A DNA stretch of 61,318 bases, the filler included, from Platydemus manokwari (Eukaryota), in the NCBI GenBank assembly GCA_037951405.1. It is 6 parts of 6 records of this genome, joined end to end, with 100 filler letters (N's around TTAATTAATTAA, not from the genome) between each part and the next. Parts side by side here need not be neighbours in the genome. Positions count along the whole stretch, not along the records: positions 9,054 to 17,868 come from JBBMOY011345205.1; positions 17,969 to 30,250 come from JBBMOY010211117.1; 4 more parts are not named here. One strand, 5' to 3'. Positions 14,200 through 27,994 of the stretch are shown piece by piece. Both the position numbers and the translations under genes were made by a program. Numbering within the stretch: the stretch's first letter is position 1; each line of letters begins with the position of its first letter. A model generated the notes under the pieces. That model searched no databases. It was not told where the DNA came from and worked only from the letters and a program-made list of their open reading frames with translations.

Positions 14200-14880
14200 G
14201 ATGAACTAAAGAACATCTCCCCGAAAGCGTATTCATCATTGGAAAAACGATGATCTCGACAAGGTAATGAAAAAAGACATCATAGGCAAAATCTCCAACA
14301 TTTTGTAAGAATGTGGTATTAACAAGGATCATCTTTTGGGTATAAGATGCATAGATCGAGCCAATAATCTAACAAAACAAGATGTTCATTAATTCCGTGT
14401 TATTTAAATGGAAGAAAATCTCAAAGGTAGTGCTACCAAACTATGTGCAAGAGAGGATATCAGGTCAGTCAAGAGAAAATATGGCTCTTGAAATACGTCA
14501 GATGTATTTAAGTTTTGAATACACATTGAAAATCCAGGTACAAGACGTATTTGAGTCAGCCATGGAGATCAACGACGAAATGTGGGTAACCTAGTCATCA
14601 ACGAAGAGCGTACAAATCAGGAGCTAAACAGATATGGAGAGAGTCAGACACTCTTATTACAGGTTCTCACTGTTAATCGAAGGCCCCACCAAGAATCGTT
14701 ACGGAGTTACCGTTAACAAAAGAAAAAAGAACATGGATATCTACATTATGTAAACCCAATCGAATTAGACATGGATGCAAGAACATATGAGAAAAACTCA
14801 GCAAAGCTAGCAGAAACGAAACCCTACAAAAGTATACGGAAGCCAAAAAAGCCATATCCAAAGAAAACGGAAGTGCCAGA
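14200..14880 (+). mobile_element. Possible decayed retroelement ORF1/gag-like remnant
   Basis: Coding-like composition with broken frames (ESVFIIGK, ECGINKDHLLGIR, ORF 14382-14594, basic C-terminal stretch). No unambiguous diagnostic motif. Confidence 0.25.
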
Positions 14881-15082
14881 TAAAATCAACTCTTAGAAAA
14901 TTTTATCATGTTTCGCTTATGTTTATCTAAAGTATTGATTAATTTTATTCAGTTTTTATTAAACTATCCAATTGCATATTTACAAACTACTTGAAGGTTT
15001 TTCATTTGGTGCCCAACAATCTTGGTAAGAACTTTTGAAAAATTCATAAATAAAAAGATTTACACTCGGATCTGCATTTCAA

Positions 15083-16006
15083 ATGTTATTTTATAATTTG
15101 ATTTATTTATTCACAGGCATCGATGCTTACAATGGTAATTATAATTTAAAATTTAATAATATTTCATTTATTTATTATCACTTAGTTACTCTGCTATCGA
15201 GAAATCGACCAACATTTGCCGCTACGCAAATTCCACAATATCCTATTCATGCTGCAGTCGATGGCAATTATGATCCTGTAATGAAAAATGGTAAAAACTG
15301 AAAATAATTTTGAAAAATCACTTTAGTTGTTTCAGGAAATTGTTATCGTAGTAAAGGTACAGAGAACGAAAAATGGTGGATGGTTGTACTCGATAATGTT
15401 TCGATAATTACAAAGATACAAATTTATAATGCATTGGGATTGAGTTTGTGAATTCTGAATTCCATTTCACGTTTTATTATTCATTAAAAGCACATCGCAC
15501 TGCGTATATCTCACTCTATGGGAGCTATGATAGCCACACTAATTTCACAAGTAGCTCGTCGGATTTCTTTACTTTTAGTTACTATAAAGGACCAGCAAGA
15601 ACATTAATCACTAATTTCACTTTTAACAGATTGGTATTGATTGTGATTTCATAACATGATTAGTCTTTTATGTAGGTGTCGAGAACTGTTGTCATTTCGA
15701 AACCTTCTCACGATAGTTATATAAATATTTGTGAATTTGATGTTTTCGGATACAAGTTTGATAAATCGAACACAATGATTTGTATATTGATTTAAATATG
15801 ACACAAATGATGAAATATATTTAGATCATAATTATGGAACAGAGATGCCTTATACAAACGGAACACATTTCTACAAGCTAGTTGTCCGATCGAGAATCGA
15901 ATGCGCAAAGATTTGTATGGACATACTGAAGTGTGTTTCATTTACGATAGAAATCAATCTGCAATGCTATCTGTATCGTCACGGAGGTGGATCATATTTC
16001 TTGTGA
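15083..16006 (+). CDS. Secreted F-type lectin (fucolectin/FTP, F5/8-like) domain + C-terminal PAN/apple domain protein, ~231 aa, 6 exons
   Basis: Exons 15083-15134, 15186-15290, 15336-15443, 15491-15633, 15676-15781, 15825-16006. All introns are GT-AG, 42-51 bp, with consistent phases (696 nt total). Signal-like MLFYNLIYLFTGIDA; FTP motifs AAVDGN, C..., WWMVVL...IQIYN, INICEFDVFG; PAN motif SRIECAKICMDILKCVSF...CYLY. Confidence 0.85.
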
Positions 16007-16841
16007 ATTGATTGGTTTGATATATTCGATTAAATAGACTAGAAATTAGTTACAACATGATATAATATTTAATTTATTGATCATAAATATATGGATTTTA
16101 AATTTGAATTTGCCATTTAAATTTCTTTAAGTTTGCATTTTTAACATTTTTAAAACACAATTTGTCTTTCAAAACAATGATGTTCAATACCATTGTATTT
16201 ACAGCAATTCTGCATACAAAGTTTTCACTTTTCAAAGTAAAAAATACAATTCATTCAATAGATTACTGCATTTGTAATCCAAAATCGGCATACATTTGAA
16301 GACATGTTAAACAATGGAGCCGAAATATTATTGAAAAACCATGATAGAAGGAGAAAATTTTACTGTTACGAGATTTTCTTTCATGTTTATATTTCGATAT
16401 TCTGAGATATTTAAAATTTACAGACAACCATTTTGTGTTGTGATAAAGTGGCTTGAAATGAAAATTTTTGTTATAGCAAGAATAGGTTGCGATAATTTCA
16501 GAGTATACATATATCATTAATAATTAAGCAATGATGCGAATCGATAAAAAGTGAACAAATGAAATTCCATAAAATTAATAATTTCTAAATATTTCGAGAT
16601 ATTTCAAGTTGAATTCATTTTTCTATGATTGATATTGTGATTTTAATGATTATATATAATATGAACACAGTTTCATGTGAACATTTAAGTCAAAAATTAT
16701 TGAAAATCAAGTGGTTTTCATTTATGTTTTATAATACGAACACTGTTTATTTTGAACATTGAACAAAAAATTGTGCAAAATAAATCAATAAATTATACAA
16801 TTATTGATTAAATATTTAATTTTTAACTGTCTTTTATGAAC

Positions 16842-17530
16842 ATGGAAATCACCAATTCAAAACGAAAGAGAAAAGCAATTATCGAAGAGAAACAGAAATT
16901 ATTAAAATTATTGAATGAAGATAAAAGTTGTTCTCAACGATTCCTTTATCTAAAGACTGTATAAATAATCTAATGAAATCTAAAGACTCCATTTTTAACT
17001 CAAACTTGAATCTAAATAAAAACGAAAAACACATTTACATAGTGGATATCAAGTTGGTGCCATCCTATATGAATGGTTTCAGATCCAGTGTCAGTGGTGA
17101 TAAACTACAACAAAAAGCTTTAGAATTAGCAAATCTCTTAGGAAATCATGATTGGTTGGCTTAATTCTTTTCTTCCAAGGCATATGATATCATCGAAAAA
17201 AAGTTATTGGGGAACCTAAAACTGTAGATGAAAGGTATATTCTTAATTTTAATCAATTGTATATCGAAAATTTTAAAGAATATGAAGATAGAAACGTTTA
17301 TGATTGTCAAAAAGTGGACTGTTCTGGAAATGCTCATTTAACAGAACACATTCGATTTCAAAAGAGTAAAAGGCTAATGGTAAGTTTTCTAAAGATCGAA
17401 TTACTATACTCCTGAGAGCAAATATGTTAGGAGAAAAATAAAAGCCTTTAGTGATAGGCAGGTCGAATAAACCTCGTTATTTTTAAAATTTTTATATAGG
17501 AAAATTGTCTACCGTAGTTGGAATACAAAA
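16842..17530 (+). mobile_element. Truncated Tigger/pogo transposase pseudogene
   Basis: MEITNSKRKRKAIIEEKQK (CENP-B-type N-terminus), VSGDKLQQKALELANLLG (CENP-B HTH), SKDRITILLRANMLGEK*KPLVIGRSNKPRYFK (DDE_1 start). Stops and frameshifts; 3' half absent. Confidence 0.85.
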
Positions 17531-17868
17531 TGAGATTCAATTTATACATGGCAAATGGATAAAATGTTATTCTTAATTGTATAGTGTTTGATTCATATAT
17601 TTGATTTATTATTGATTTGAATTATTGAATGATTGTAGAAAACTATAACGATTATTAATATTTTAAAGTACTTGATATAATTAGGTCATAGAATTGATTT
17701 ATTAAATTCACATTAGCTAGTTTCATGAACACATTTTAAATAAATATTGGAACAATTATTTAATATAATTATTTAATAATAATTTAATATTCAGTACTGA
17801 TTAGCAAAAACGCACCACGTGTATATTTTAATTTAGAATTATTTTTAAAACTTACTCAATATAGTTTT

Positions 17869-17968
17869 NNNNNNNNNNNNNNNNNNNNNNNNNNNNNNNN
17901 NNNNNNNNNNNNTTAATTAATTAANNNNNNNNNNNNNNNNNNNNNNNNNNNNNNNNNNNNNNNNNNNN
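17869..17968. other. Artificial contig linker
   Basis: N44-TTAATTAATTAA-N44. Confidence 0.97.
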
Positions 17969-18345
17969 AAATCCTTACAACTTTAGGATTAATCATGAAT
18001 AATAATATTACGAATATGATTATTTTAATAATTATTATTAATAATTATTATTATGGCAGTAACTATTATTACTGTAATGGTATATTGATAAAAAACAAAC
18101 ATGACTACAATAGAATGTCAACATTTCATTTCATATAAATAAACATTTACATTTTGTTGTTAATTTTAAAAAAAAACAAATACCAATTCGACAAAATTTG
18201 TTCAGTGATGACCATCAAATTCAGCAAATAGCAAATACTGAATAACAGACATCATTCCAATTTCAAACAAATTGGATTTGACTAAATTTCTGTTTATCTT
18301 ATTGAACAAATAATTTGGTGAGAATAGATTTGTCAGATTTATTTC

Positions 18346-21300
18346 ATGATTGTCCACAGAAATTCCACTCGAAATCCATCTAAAGAAATGCAACATTTTA
18401 ATGTGAGTTTTTAGCTATTGATTTGATGTCATCAAAAACCATTAGACAAGGCCCAAACTTCACTTCAAAAGCTTGGCGAAATTGATTTTGGAATGTCAAA
18501 GATTAATTTCAGAATATTCGTTAAGGTAGATGATTGTTTATTACTTGTTAATTTATGGTTTTGCTGTGATTTTGTAAATATCATCAACAGTTTGATTAAA
18601 ATAACTATTTTAATTAAAATTTTCGATGGTTGAAGTTAATTAAAACCTTTTGATAAAAGTATTAACAGATATATCTATTGAGCATGAATAAAAATAAGTT
18701 GAAATTTATATTTTTATGTTAAAATTTAGAAATATCCGTGATAAATTTAGTGGTTCTGAGGCATAGCCAGTTGAACTATTGAGAATTCAAACTGATATTT
18801 TTATTTGTAGACCAATTTTTGTTGTCTCTTATACTCACCTGGACAGGATAGGATCACAAATATGTCATTTTACAATTGCAAATAATCAAGTCTTTAATGC
18901 AATCCAGTTTTAATTCATACGTTATATATTATTGTAAATATTATTGTTGGGTGCCAGACCCTACCCAGACGGAAACTATAATTAATGCAAAATGTTTTTA
19001 AAAACATCCGATAATAAAAATACTAAACCGCAAGTATGAAAATAAAAACAGCTAAAAAACAGTATGAGAGAAGCATAATCAAACAAAGAAAAGGTAAAAA
19101 GTATGAATACATGCAAAAAATGGCAGTCCCGCACCCATTACGCCCATTATCAAAATTTTAGAAACCATGTCATTATTGTCTAATCAGCCCACAAATTAAG
19201 AAATATTTTTAAACACCGACAAATCATTAAACGAGTATTAATCTAATGGTGAGGAACAATTTTATGAAAAGAAAAATCAAATAATTAAAAGAAAATTAAC
19301 GTATGTAATCGAAGAGGATTCATTAATAAATTGCAAATATTTTGTCAACTATATTGATTTTCACATTCAAATAATTATAATTATTATTGAATTTCTGTAA
19401 TTTTGATCTAGCCTTAAATGGATTGGATTCAGTCCAAACATTCAGTTAATTAAACCTAACTTAGTAGCTTAAATTTTTCTCAATAAGAGGAATGGCTGAT
19501 ACATATAGGCCCTATCCTCAACAAGTTATTCGAAAACTGGAACTCTTAAGGCGAAAGCACAGGCGACTTCAATTTTATTCTATAGGAATAATAGAATCCT
19601 AAATTAATCAATTGCTTATAAAGCCTGGCTATTGTTTCATAAATTAAAAATATTGTTGTCTATTTAAACTGTATCATTATTTTGTAATTATATATAATCA
19701 ATTATATTTTATTAAAAAGTATTCATTATTTTCATTGTAGTCAGATATCACTTTTTATCTGAATATTTGTTGGTGTTCTATTTATAAATCTATAATTTTT
19801 TATTCATAATATTTTTGTAAAATTCATAACAATTCAACATTATCTAGACAATCAAAATAGCTTGGAATTTAATTTTGGTATGAAATTTACAGTTATTGAA
19901 AAAATTGTAATGACATGAAAAATTGGAATTTTGGAAGATCATTAATAATAAAGGTGTCACATTATAATCGAATATACAAGAATCTCAAGTGAAATAACGA
20001 ACCATGTCTACTTAGTACCCTTGTTTCGATATTTTACATCCATATCTAAAGAGTCATAAGGGTGTGAACGGCCAATCAGAATCACCATGGGACGAAGATT
20101 TTAATTTGACAAAATACATGATATATGAAGACGCATACATAATGATTAACTAGGCCCAGTTGACATAAGTCGATAACTCATATCTGAACCTTCGCAACAA
20201 AAATACCGAATAGAATCACATGGCAAGGAACACGCACAAACTTTTAACAATAATTGTTATACCGAATGCGGATCGATTTTAATAAAGTCAGTAAAAGCCA
20301 GATAAAATGTAGTATTTATTTGCGTCTTGAGGAGGCTGAATACCACTTGGAAGGATGATCAACAAAACTTTTGTTATTAAATTCGTGTTCAGCATGAAAC
20401 AAAAGAGTGTGTGGGCCACTTATTTTTTAAAACGAGTGCATTCCATGGGAACATTCATTGGCCAGTTTCAGAAATATTTATGAATTTGTGTCAATGAACA
20501 ATACTCAAGTTTAAATCCGGTATTTCATAAATATAACAGAATTATTGGCTTATTGGCGTGTTTAATCTCTTATCTGTGACAAACCTTCTCAATTCGTTAA
20601 TTTGTTCTGGTAGTATAACACATTATTCACAATAATAATTCATTCTTTCTAATTTTGAAGTTTTTATAAATATTTGCATGAAAGATTTGATTTTAGAATT
20701 GATAAACACAATTATCCACAAATAAATTGTAAGCAAATTAAATTATACTTCAATTCCAGAAACAAAAACAATGATGAAATAATGCCATTTATACAGAATA
20801 TGACGTTCCATTACGAAATTGATTCACCACTTCTGTTTGATCCCAATATTTACAAGGCAGACAGACAGGTAAGAATATGATCAGACCTATATTCATAATT
20901 AAATAATACGAATATAAGATTATTGAAGATCGATTCAAAACATCAATTTTTATTAAATATCCCTAATTATTATAAATCCCTAATATAAGATGCAACGTGT
21001 TTTTTTGTTTCTAAAAAAAAATAAGCGACCCTCCGAATATTAGCGGTAGTAAATATGAATACTATATAAATAAAAACTAGAAATATGCAATTATTATGCT
21101 TGCATACATGTAAATAAAGAATTTATTAAATCAATCTTTCAAATTTTCAAAGGCTTTTAAATGAATATAATTCTCTCATCATAAATGGCTGAATGCAGAA
21201 AAAGTTACCCTGTAGAATATAAGAAGTCAACTGTATAAGAGTCTAGAGACAAGAAGCTAATCACTTCCTGCAAGTAAAAGAATCTTAACATAAAGATGAT

Positions 21301-24300
21301 TCAAAGATGGAAATCTGCTTGTGCAAACCTCTGGAAATCGGTTGCAGATGAGAACAATAAGAAGAGAAAGATAGAGATGCGAAGAGCGCCAGCAATAAAT
21401 GAATTAGAAAATACCATAACTGATTGGATTATTGGCCGGAGAGCAAGAGGATTAATCGTTAAAAGATGTGACATTCAAAACTTTGGAGTAGATTTGGATT
21501 CCAAAAATGAAATGTTGGATTTTAAAGCCTCACCTCACTGGCTTGATAGGTTTTTACTTCGTAATGAATTATCACTCCAAAAGGAAATACCTTTTAATAA
21601 ATTAGAAGATAATGAAATTGTTCCGAGAGCAATAGTATATAATAGATTTGTTGATAATATTGATTTTGAGAAATACCAATTGTTGTATATGATTGCAATT
21701 GATGAGACAGCTGTATTTATGGGACAAGATCCGCAGACAACAATCAATCTTTATTCTCTCAATAAGTTATGAAAGCCAGACAGTTACCTGTACTCTTCCA
21801 CTTCGTTTAGATGGAACAAAGCCAGCGCCTTTGATTATTATTTAAGGAAAGAAAAATAAAATTGATCAGCTGTCTGGTGTTTACATTCTGGAGACAGAAA
21901 GGGCATGGAGTTCCCAAGCAGCAATTAGAATATGAATTGACCTAATGTTACCAATGGCTTTGAGAGGCAGTAGAAGAGGTTTACTTATATGGGATTCAGC
22001 CAGTACTCATTGTACAAATTATATGAAGAATTTTCTTAAAGTGAGAGGCGTTGATCAAATAATGATACCAGCTGGAATAACAAGGTATCTTCAAAGTTTA
22101 GATTTTGTGATAAATAAGCCATTTAAGGACAATCTTAGATTAGAAATCAATGAGTATATTGAGAAGAAAAATGAAAAAGGGAACTTTGTAAAATCGAATC
22201 CACAGGAAATAGTCAAGTCGATTAATAATCCATGGGCTAAAATTAATAATACCTGTGTCAAAAAAGTTTCGAAGACTGCCTCTCTGGACAAGCTGACTTC
22301 ATTCGAATAAAGCTCCATAGCAAAAATGAGAGATTAGCACCATTTATCAAAGATAAACTTAATTAATTTAGAGGAATTAAGGGAGAGTGTTCAAAATCTT
22401 GTTGTTTTTGAAGATGTCGTAGGAGAGGACGATTTAACAGCGTTTGATTAAAATATTATGATTTTTTTATGATTTTTCAAGTAATCGGTAAAAAATATAT
22501 AATCGGTCCTCCAAATTAAAGTGGAGCCCCACTTTTTTCATTGGAAAATAATATAAGCGACCGATAATAATCGATAAATACGGTATTATTTAGTATTTTT
22601 TTTACTGATGAATATAAGAATAATCAGCAATTGCTGATTAAAGAATTGATAATACCAATAATTAGTCCTTTTGGGACCATTTCTGTTCATCATTATGTGG
22701 TCATTACAATTATTGACCTTATTAATTGATTAAAATTCATGATCACTTCAATATAATCTTCCTTCCAGCGTTAAAAACTTATTGTTTGTTTTTATTTCAC
22801 ATCGGATTAATATTCTCAGTCATTATTTGTGTCATTTGTTATTATTTTGTTTAGTTGGAAACATATTTTAAGGAAGTATTTTAAAATGTCAAAATTATTT
22901 GTCAGCTAAAAGTGCCAGAAAATATTAAACTGATACTGAGGAAGGATTGCAATGCAAGAACAAAAGACGATTTGAATTTGGTTAGAATTAATTATTTAAT
23001 ATAATAACGATCATATTATTGTGAAATTATAGAAACTAAAACAAGTTAATGTTAATTTAATATTATTTATTTTGCCAAACTTGAATTTTATTAATAATTT
23101 TTTTAAATAAAACTCAACCTTAACAACATTATAGCTCTAAACTAAATAATAGTAAATCATTTAATTAATAAAATTTAATAAAAGAATATAGAAAAATACT
23201 CAGACATTCGAAATACGATTAAAAATAGCGGCTCGACCGGACTGTGGAACTGTGCACTTTTGTTGTAGGGGTTCTTGGCAAACACAGACAAACTATACAA
23301 TCCTAAAGAAATTAAGGACGGATAAGAAAATGATAAACAAAATAGCTCATGGTGGCATAAATTTGATTAAAATGCGAACTACCTGCGATGGAGGTTCCAT
23401 ATGGGAATGATAGCAGCAACGATGACAGTTTTTAAAATAAGGGAAGAGGATATTCTAGACGACAGCAACTAGAAGGCGGAAACATAATTGACTGAAACGT
23501 TGAATTGATTGTATTATTGCAATAGCGAACTGTGATTCATGGAACGATCGAAGCAAAGAATCATGTACATCGCATATTTTACTGTGTGGATATGAAAGGT
23601 GAACAACAAACAATAATAATTTTAAAAAAATAACAACAATAGGCCCCTTTAGATAGTGATAAAATAAGTATGCCACACCTGTCACACATTGCAGGTATGC
23701 ATTGGAAAAATGTGCAATCTAAACTCATGTAAAGTAGTCATCTTTTCCATTTCACCAGTAATAAAAACTAAGAAAATTTATTATGAATATTAAAACTGCA
23801 GAATATAAAGGCAAGGATACTTTGGTTACAGATAAACTAGTTGCAAGTATTTCACTGGCGCTTATTGCAATAAAGGTAAAGAAAATTATTTTTTCCAAAA
23901 GTATATTCTCATAGGAAGAAACAAATTTGTAAAGGGATTCAGTCTTATTTTTACATTAACTTTATTGTTTCCGTTTAATTATTTTCAATAATATAGAACA
24001 ACTTGATTTTCGTGGTAACAAATAATTCTTATCGAACAGACTTAATTTAGTTAAAACTCAATGAAAACTCAAATTGTTTGGAGTCAAATTGGTTGATAAA
24101 GAGGACCGTTGAGTTAGATAGTATCAAGCGCACCAATATTAATGATATTTATTTTAATATTATAATTTGTAATATTATTGATAATATAATTAACAGTAAT
24201 AATAATATAATTATTATCAACACCATTATTAATATTGATAATTATAATAATTATATTTTAGGTTGAGATATATTTAAAAGGAATCAGTGTTGTAAGAGAG

Positions 24301-27300
24301 TATCCAATAAAGATGCAAGAAAAAATTGCAAAATTCGGCTATTATGAAAAGTATTTCTTTTTATTTTTCGGTTTTATTTATATATTTTAAAATGAAAAAA
24401 TTGATTTTTATAAAATGACCAACTGTTGTTGACCTTAGATCGACTTTCATTCGATTCAAATGGATACCGATTGAAATAGAGTTTTATTATCTTTAATTTA
24501 CACTGATATAATGAAGAATAGGAAGGACATAATATTTTGAAAATCATATATTCTAGTAGATTGCTTGATTAGTAGTTTGAATGAAAATACATCTGATAAC
24601 GTGTTATGAGATTCGATTGGAACAAAAATACTGATGTAACTGATTATTCTATATGTGCAAGATCTTGGAACGATTGAGAAATTTTCACATTTAGACCAGA
24701 GCACCATCGTCTAATTTGAGACCGTTTCCAGAGGGGATTAAGGGACACATGATAGGACTGGGGAAGGTCGAAATAGGTAGATATGATCTTAAATACGATA
24801 GATTAGATGGCCGACCACTGTGCCTCATAAAACTACAACAAATCAAGTGATCGCATTTTTAGCAATTTATTTCTGAGAGAATGTGGAACTAAAATAAGAT
24901 GTAAAGAAGATTGACATAAAAACTTACCGAAAATAATTCATACTCATGAAAAGGCTAGACAAAGTCTTAGAAAAGTGAAGAATGTGAACAGTAAGATCAG
25001 ATGAATGAATATCAATAATGAAAATAAATGATGATGTAAATGAAGATATAAGGAGAATAGAATATCAAGAAATTGCATTCAACAAAGTTTTGAAATGTGA
25101 TATATCTGAAATGAGACAGACTATAGAACCAGAAACTATAGAACCAGGTGCTATAGATGTGAATATAGAGTGTATCATCTTTAAAAGACATCATCTAAAC
25201 AATGTAAGAAAGAACGCCAATAGCAAGCTCATCTATAATTTTAAAATTTTACAATATAAAATTATTCTGATCAAGACAGACATTATTTCAACAACTGTCA
25301 GTATTATTTTAATGTTTAGAAATTTTGTTTTAACATCTCTATTAATGAATATACGCCACTGGATTTTCTTATGGATAATTTGAATGAATTGCAGCATTTT
25401 CATACAAAATCTTTTATTTAGAGATGATTTATTAAACTCGATATGGAATATACTTTCATATGAAATTTTCCTCATTCCACAATAAATATTTTCATTTATC
25501 TGTCTGGAATCATTTTCGTTAAATAATTATTTTCACATCGATCATCAATTTAGCTTATTGTTTTCCATTGTTGCATTTTGATTGTTTATCGCTGCTATAT
25601 TATCGATTTTCTCTCAGATACAATTGTAAGAGAATTCTCGTAAGACAAGGACATCGCGCATCCTCATTCTATATCATCTTGTCTGGTTGTGGTAAAAATT
25701 GTTCTACAATATATAATTTGTCAAATATGATATATACATTAGTTATTGTCATTGTTATGAATGAAACAAGAACAATGGGAAATGTGGCAGCATATCTACA
25801 AAAGGGTCAATCGTTTGGTGTAAGTTTTGTATGTCTTGTGGTATTTTGTAATTCACAGTTTCAATTCTATTTCGCTATTTTCTATTAAAATTGTTGTTGT
25901 CATAGAAACTGAAGTACATAACTACAATTTCTTTCAATATTAATAATATTAATTTTATAATAATAAAAATAATAATAATAATAATAAATGATTGTAATAT
26001 AACGTATTAATATCTTAGTACCGTACAGGTTTTCGTACTTCACTGAGTCCATGGTTACTAGTCACAACCAATTCATGAACTAATATTAATTTATTTATGT
26101 AGGTTCTTATCATGTCGGGTAGGTGAATTTCGAAGAAATTCGAGTAGAGTGCAAATATCAAGTCTAATGACAAATTAGTGTTTATATATGATCGTAATAT
26201 GAAAACACAAAGATTTGATTCCGAACATAGATTTACAATTTGTAAAAATATGAAAAATCACAGATTTATATTCAGATAAAAAGGGCTTTAAAATTTTTTA
26301 GTTTCACCTAATTCTATACAAAATTATTCCAATTAAAATCATCAACTGAACACATCATGAGCTATGTTGCATCATTAAACCTAAGTATAAAATATACTTA
26401 TAAAATTATTATAACTATATTTTCACTTAATTATTTACAAGCTATTCTTTAGGAGCTGGCCATCATTCACAATGCGAAAAGACAATCAACTGTAATCGCG
26501 AAAGAAACCGTTGAATTACTCTCCATTTCAATTAAGGTACTTGATGAAATTGGCATCATTATTAATTTTTTCAGTTAATTTTGTTCTACTGATAAATTGT
26601 AAATAGATTAAAATATTCTATTTATTCTTTCTGGAAAACATGGACTTTAAGTCAATTTCTCAATCTCGAAAGAAAATTAACTGCACAAAGTAGATCGGTG
26701 GAATTTGAAATGTTCAAAAGCATAATATCATGATAATACTATTAAAACGGAAAAAAGAGTACTTTTCCAAAAGAAATTAAAGCCGTTCCAAATATTAATC
26801 TCGGTCATAAAAATTTCTCCATCAATTTTTTCTGCGATTATCGCTGGGCGTAAATTTCACTATTTTGTGATTGGCGCGTGGTTATCCAAAAATCAGCCTA
26901 TTTTTCTACAGAAATAGTAATTGTGTGGATTTTAAAGTTTTGATAAATAATTATTTAAAATAAAATGATTCAAAATAAATTTCGATGGATTTGCAAAATT
27001 GTTGTCTTCGAAATGCACTTGAGTTGACTTGGGAAATTCGTTTTAAGTCACATTTAGTTAAATGATGGCAGTAATAACAATAATAATAACAACTAGATAT
27101 AGTAATGCTATCAAAGTAATTAATCTTTCATTAAACTTGTTAATTCCTCTCTTCATAATCATCAAAGGATTATCACGAAATATTCATGTCTGATGGAATG
27201 AGAATGATTCTAGATCCAGATCAGGATGTGTTCATCAAGTAAAATTTAAAATATCTTCAATTATTTGTCATGAAAATAATTAAGATCAAGCTTTCTGTCT

Positions 27301-27855
27301 GATTTTCCTAGAGCACTTTTAACATCGAATTCCGATAAATTTATATTTCAGTATTTCAGGTAATTTAATGTTACTGTTGCTGTAGCTTATTATTAATCAT
27401 TAAAAAAGAAAGAATGAAATTCTGTCACGTGATACAAATAAATCAAAATGGATTTATTTGGTCAAATCTGTTGGTGATTTTTGGTTATTATCGAATTATT
27501 AACATTACTATTTAGGGCGAAATTTCGGTCATTTACATTCAATATAAAAGTTATTATTTAATTTTATATTCGCACTTTCATCTGATGTCATTGTTTTGTT
27601 TTATTTAATTTTCAAATTTTCGTCTGCAGCATATTTCCAGTTTTGTTGACCACGCATGATTTCTTAAATATTTTGATGGGTATCTTTTGTATTACTTTGT
27701 ACGAGACTCCTTTTATTTATATAATCATATCAGTTTTTGATATGTTGAAAAGCAAAAATTACTAAACATTTGTTGTTTAGAGAAGAATTCATGCTACAGA
27801 AACGAAAAGATTCGTAAGGACGTTGAAAAGGAGAATATGGGAGTAAATAAATCAG
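18346..27855 (+). CDS. CNBD2: Cyclic nucleotide-binding domain-containing protein 2-like (CNBD2/CNBD1 family), at least 13 exons, 3' part beyond the contig end
   Basis: Phase-compatible GT-AG exons: 18346-18402, 18446-18525, 20760-20868, 22906-22980, 24262-24350, 25618-25691, 25743-25819, 26453-26536, 27168-27238, 27285-27359, 27409-27469, 27516-27549, 27781-27855. Peptides LLFDPNIYKA, LILRK..ARTKDD, EYPIKMQEKIAK..YE, RILVRQGHRASSFYIILSG, phosphate-binding cassette GQSFGELAIIHNAKRQSTV, second CNB start WIYLVKSG. The first exon/start is less certain. Confidence 0.8.
20970..22585 (+). mobile_element. pogo-superfamily DNA transposon (Brinker DBD + CENP-B HTH + DD35D; Passer-like), pseudogenised, in intron 3 of the CNBD2-like gene
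   Basis: Transposase ~21185-22451: MAECRKSYPVEYKK, ELENTITDWI...FKASPHWLDRF, IDETAV, WDSASTH-(35 aa between the Asps)-LDFVINKPFKD. Right end ...gataaatacgg|ta at 22585. Left end is decayed (~20970). ataagcgacc occurs at both 21021 and 22553. Confidence 0.88.
23181..23592 (+). mobile_element. 5'-truncated copy of the RLE LINE 3' end (endonuclease tail + 3' UTR)
   Basis: Colinear nucleotide homology to the reverse complement of 27995-28413, e.g. ggactgtggaactg, cctaaagaaatta, ttgaattgattg, tagcgaactgtgattc, catgtacat, catatttta. Confidence 0.85.
24790..25240 (+). mobile_element. Degenerate LTR-retrotransposon integrase fragment
   Basis: ...TTNQVIAFFSNLFLREC-like peptide preceded by RWP (cf. 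SRWPE...TTxxVIxFLxxLFxREG). Downstream ORF 25018- is coding-like. Confidence 0.35.
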
Positions 27856-27994
27856 GTGAAATTTTACTTTCCGTGATTTTACCGTAAATTTTTAATTAAA
27901 ACCTATTAAATAATCAATTTTTACATCAGTATTAATAAATATATTGAAAACCAATAATCATACACTAAACATTGATAAACATTGATATTCGAGG

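Noticed and set aside
14908-15024. Alternative 5' exons for the FTP+PAN gene (MFRLCLSK / VFHLVPNNL)
   Set aside because: Phase-compatible but gives no signal peptide; ATG 15083 gives a better one. Not excluded.
23500-23560. Apparent gag zinc-knuckle remnant
   Set aside because: Nucleotide homology shows it is the 3' UTR of the RLE LINE.
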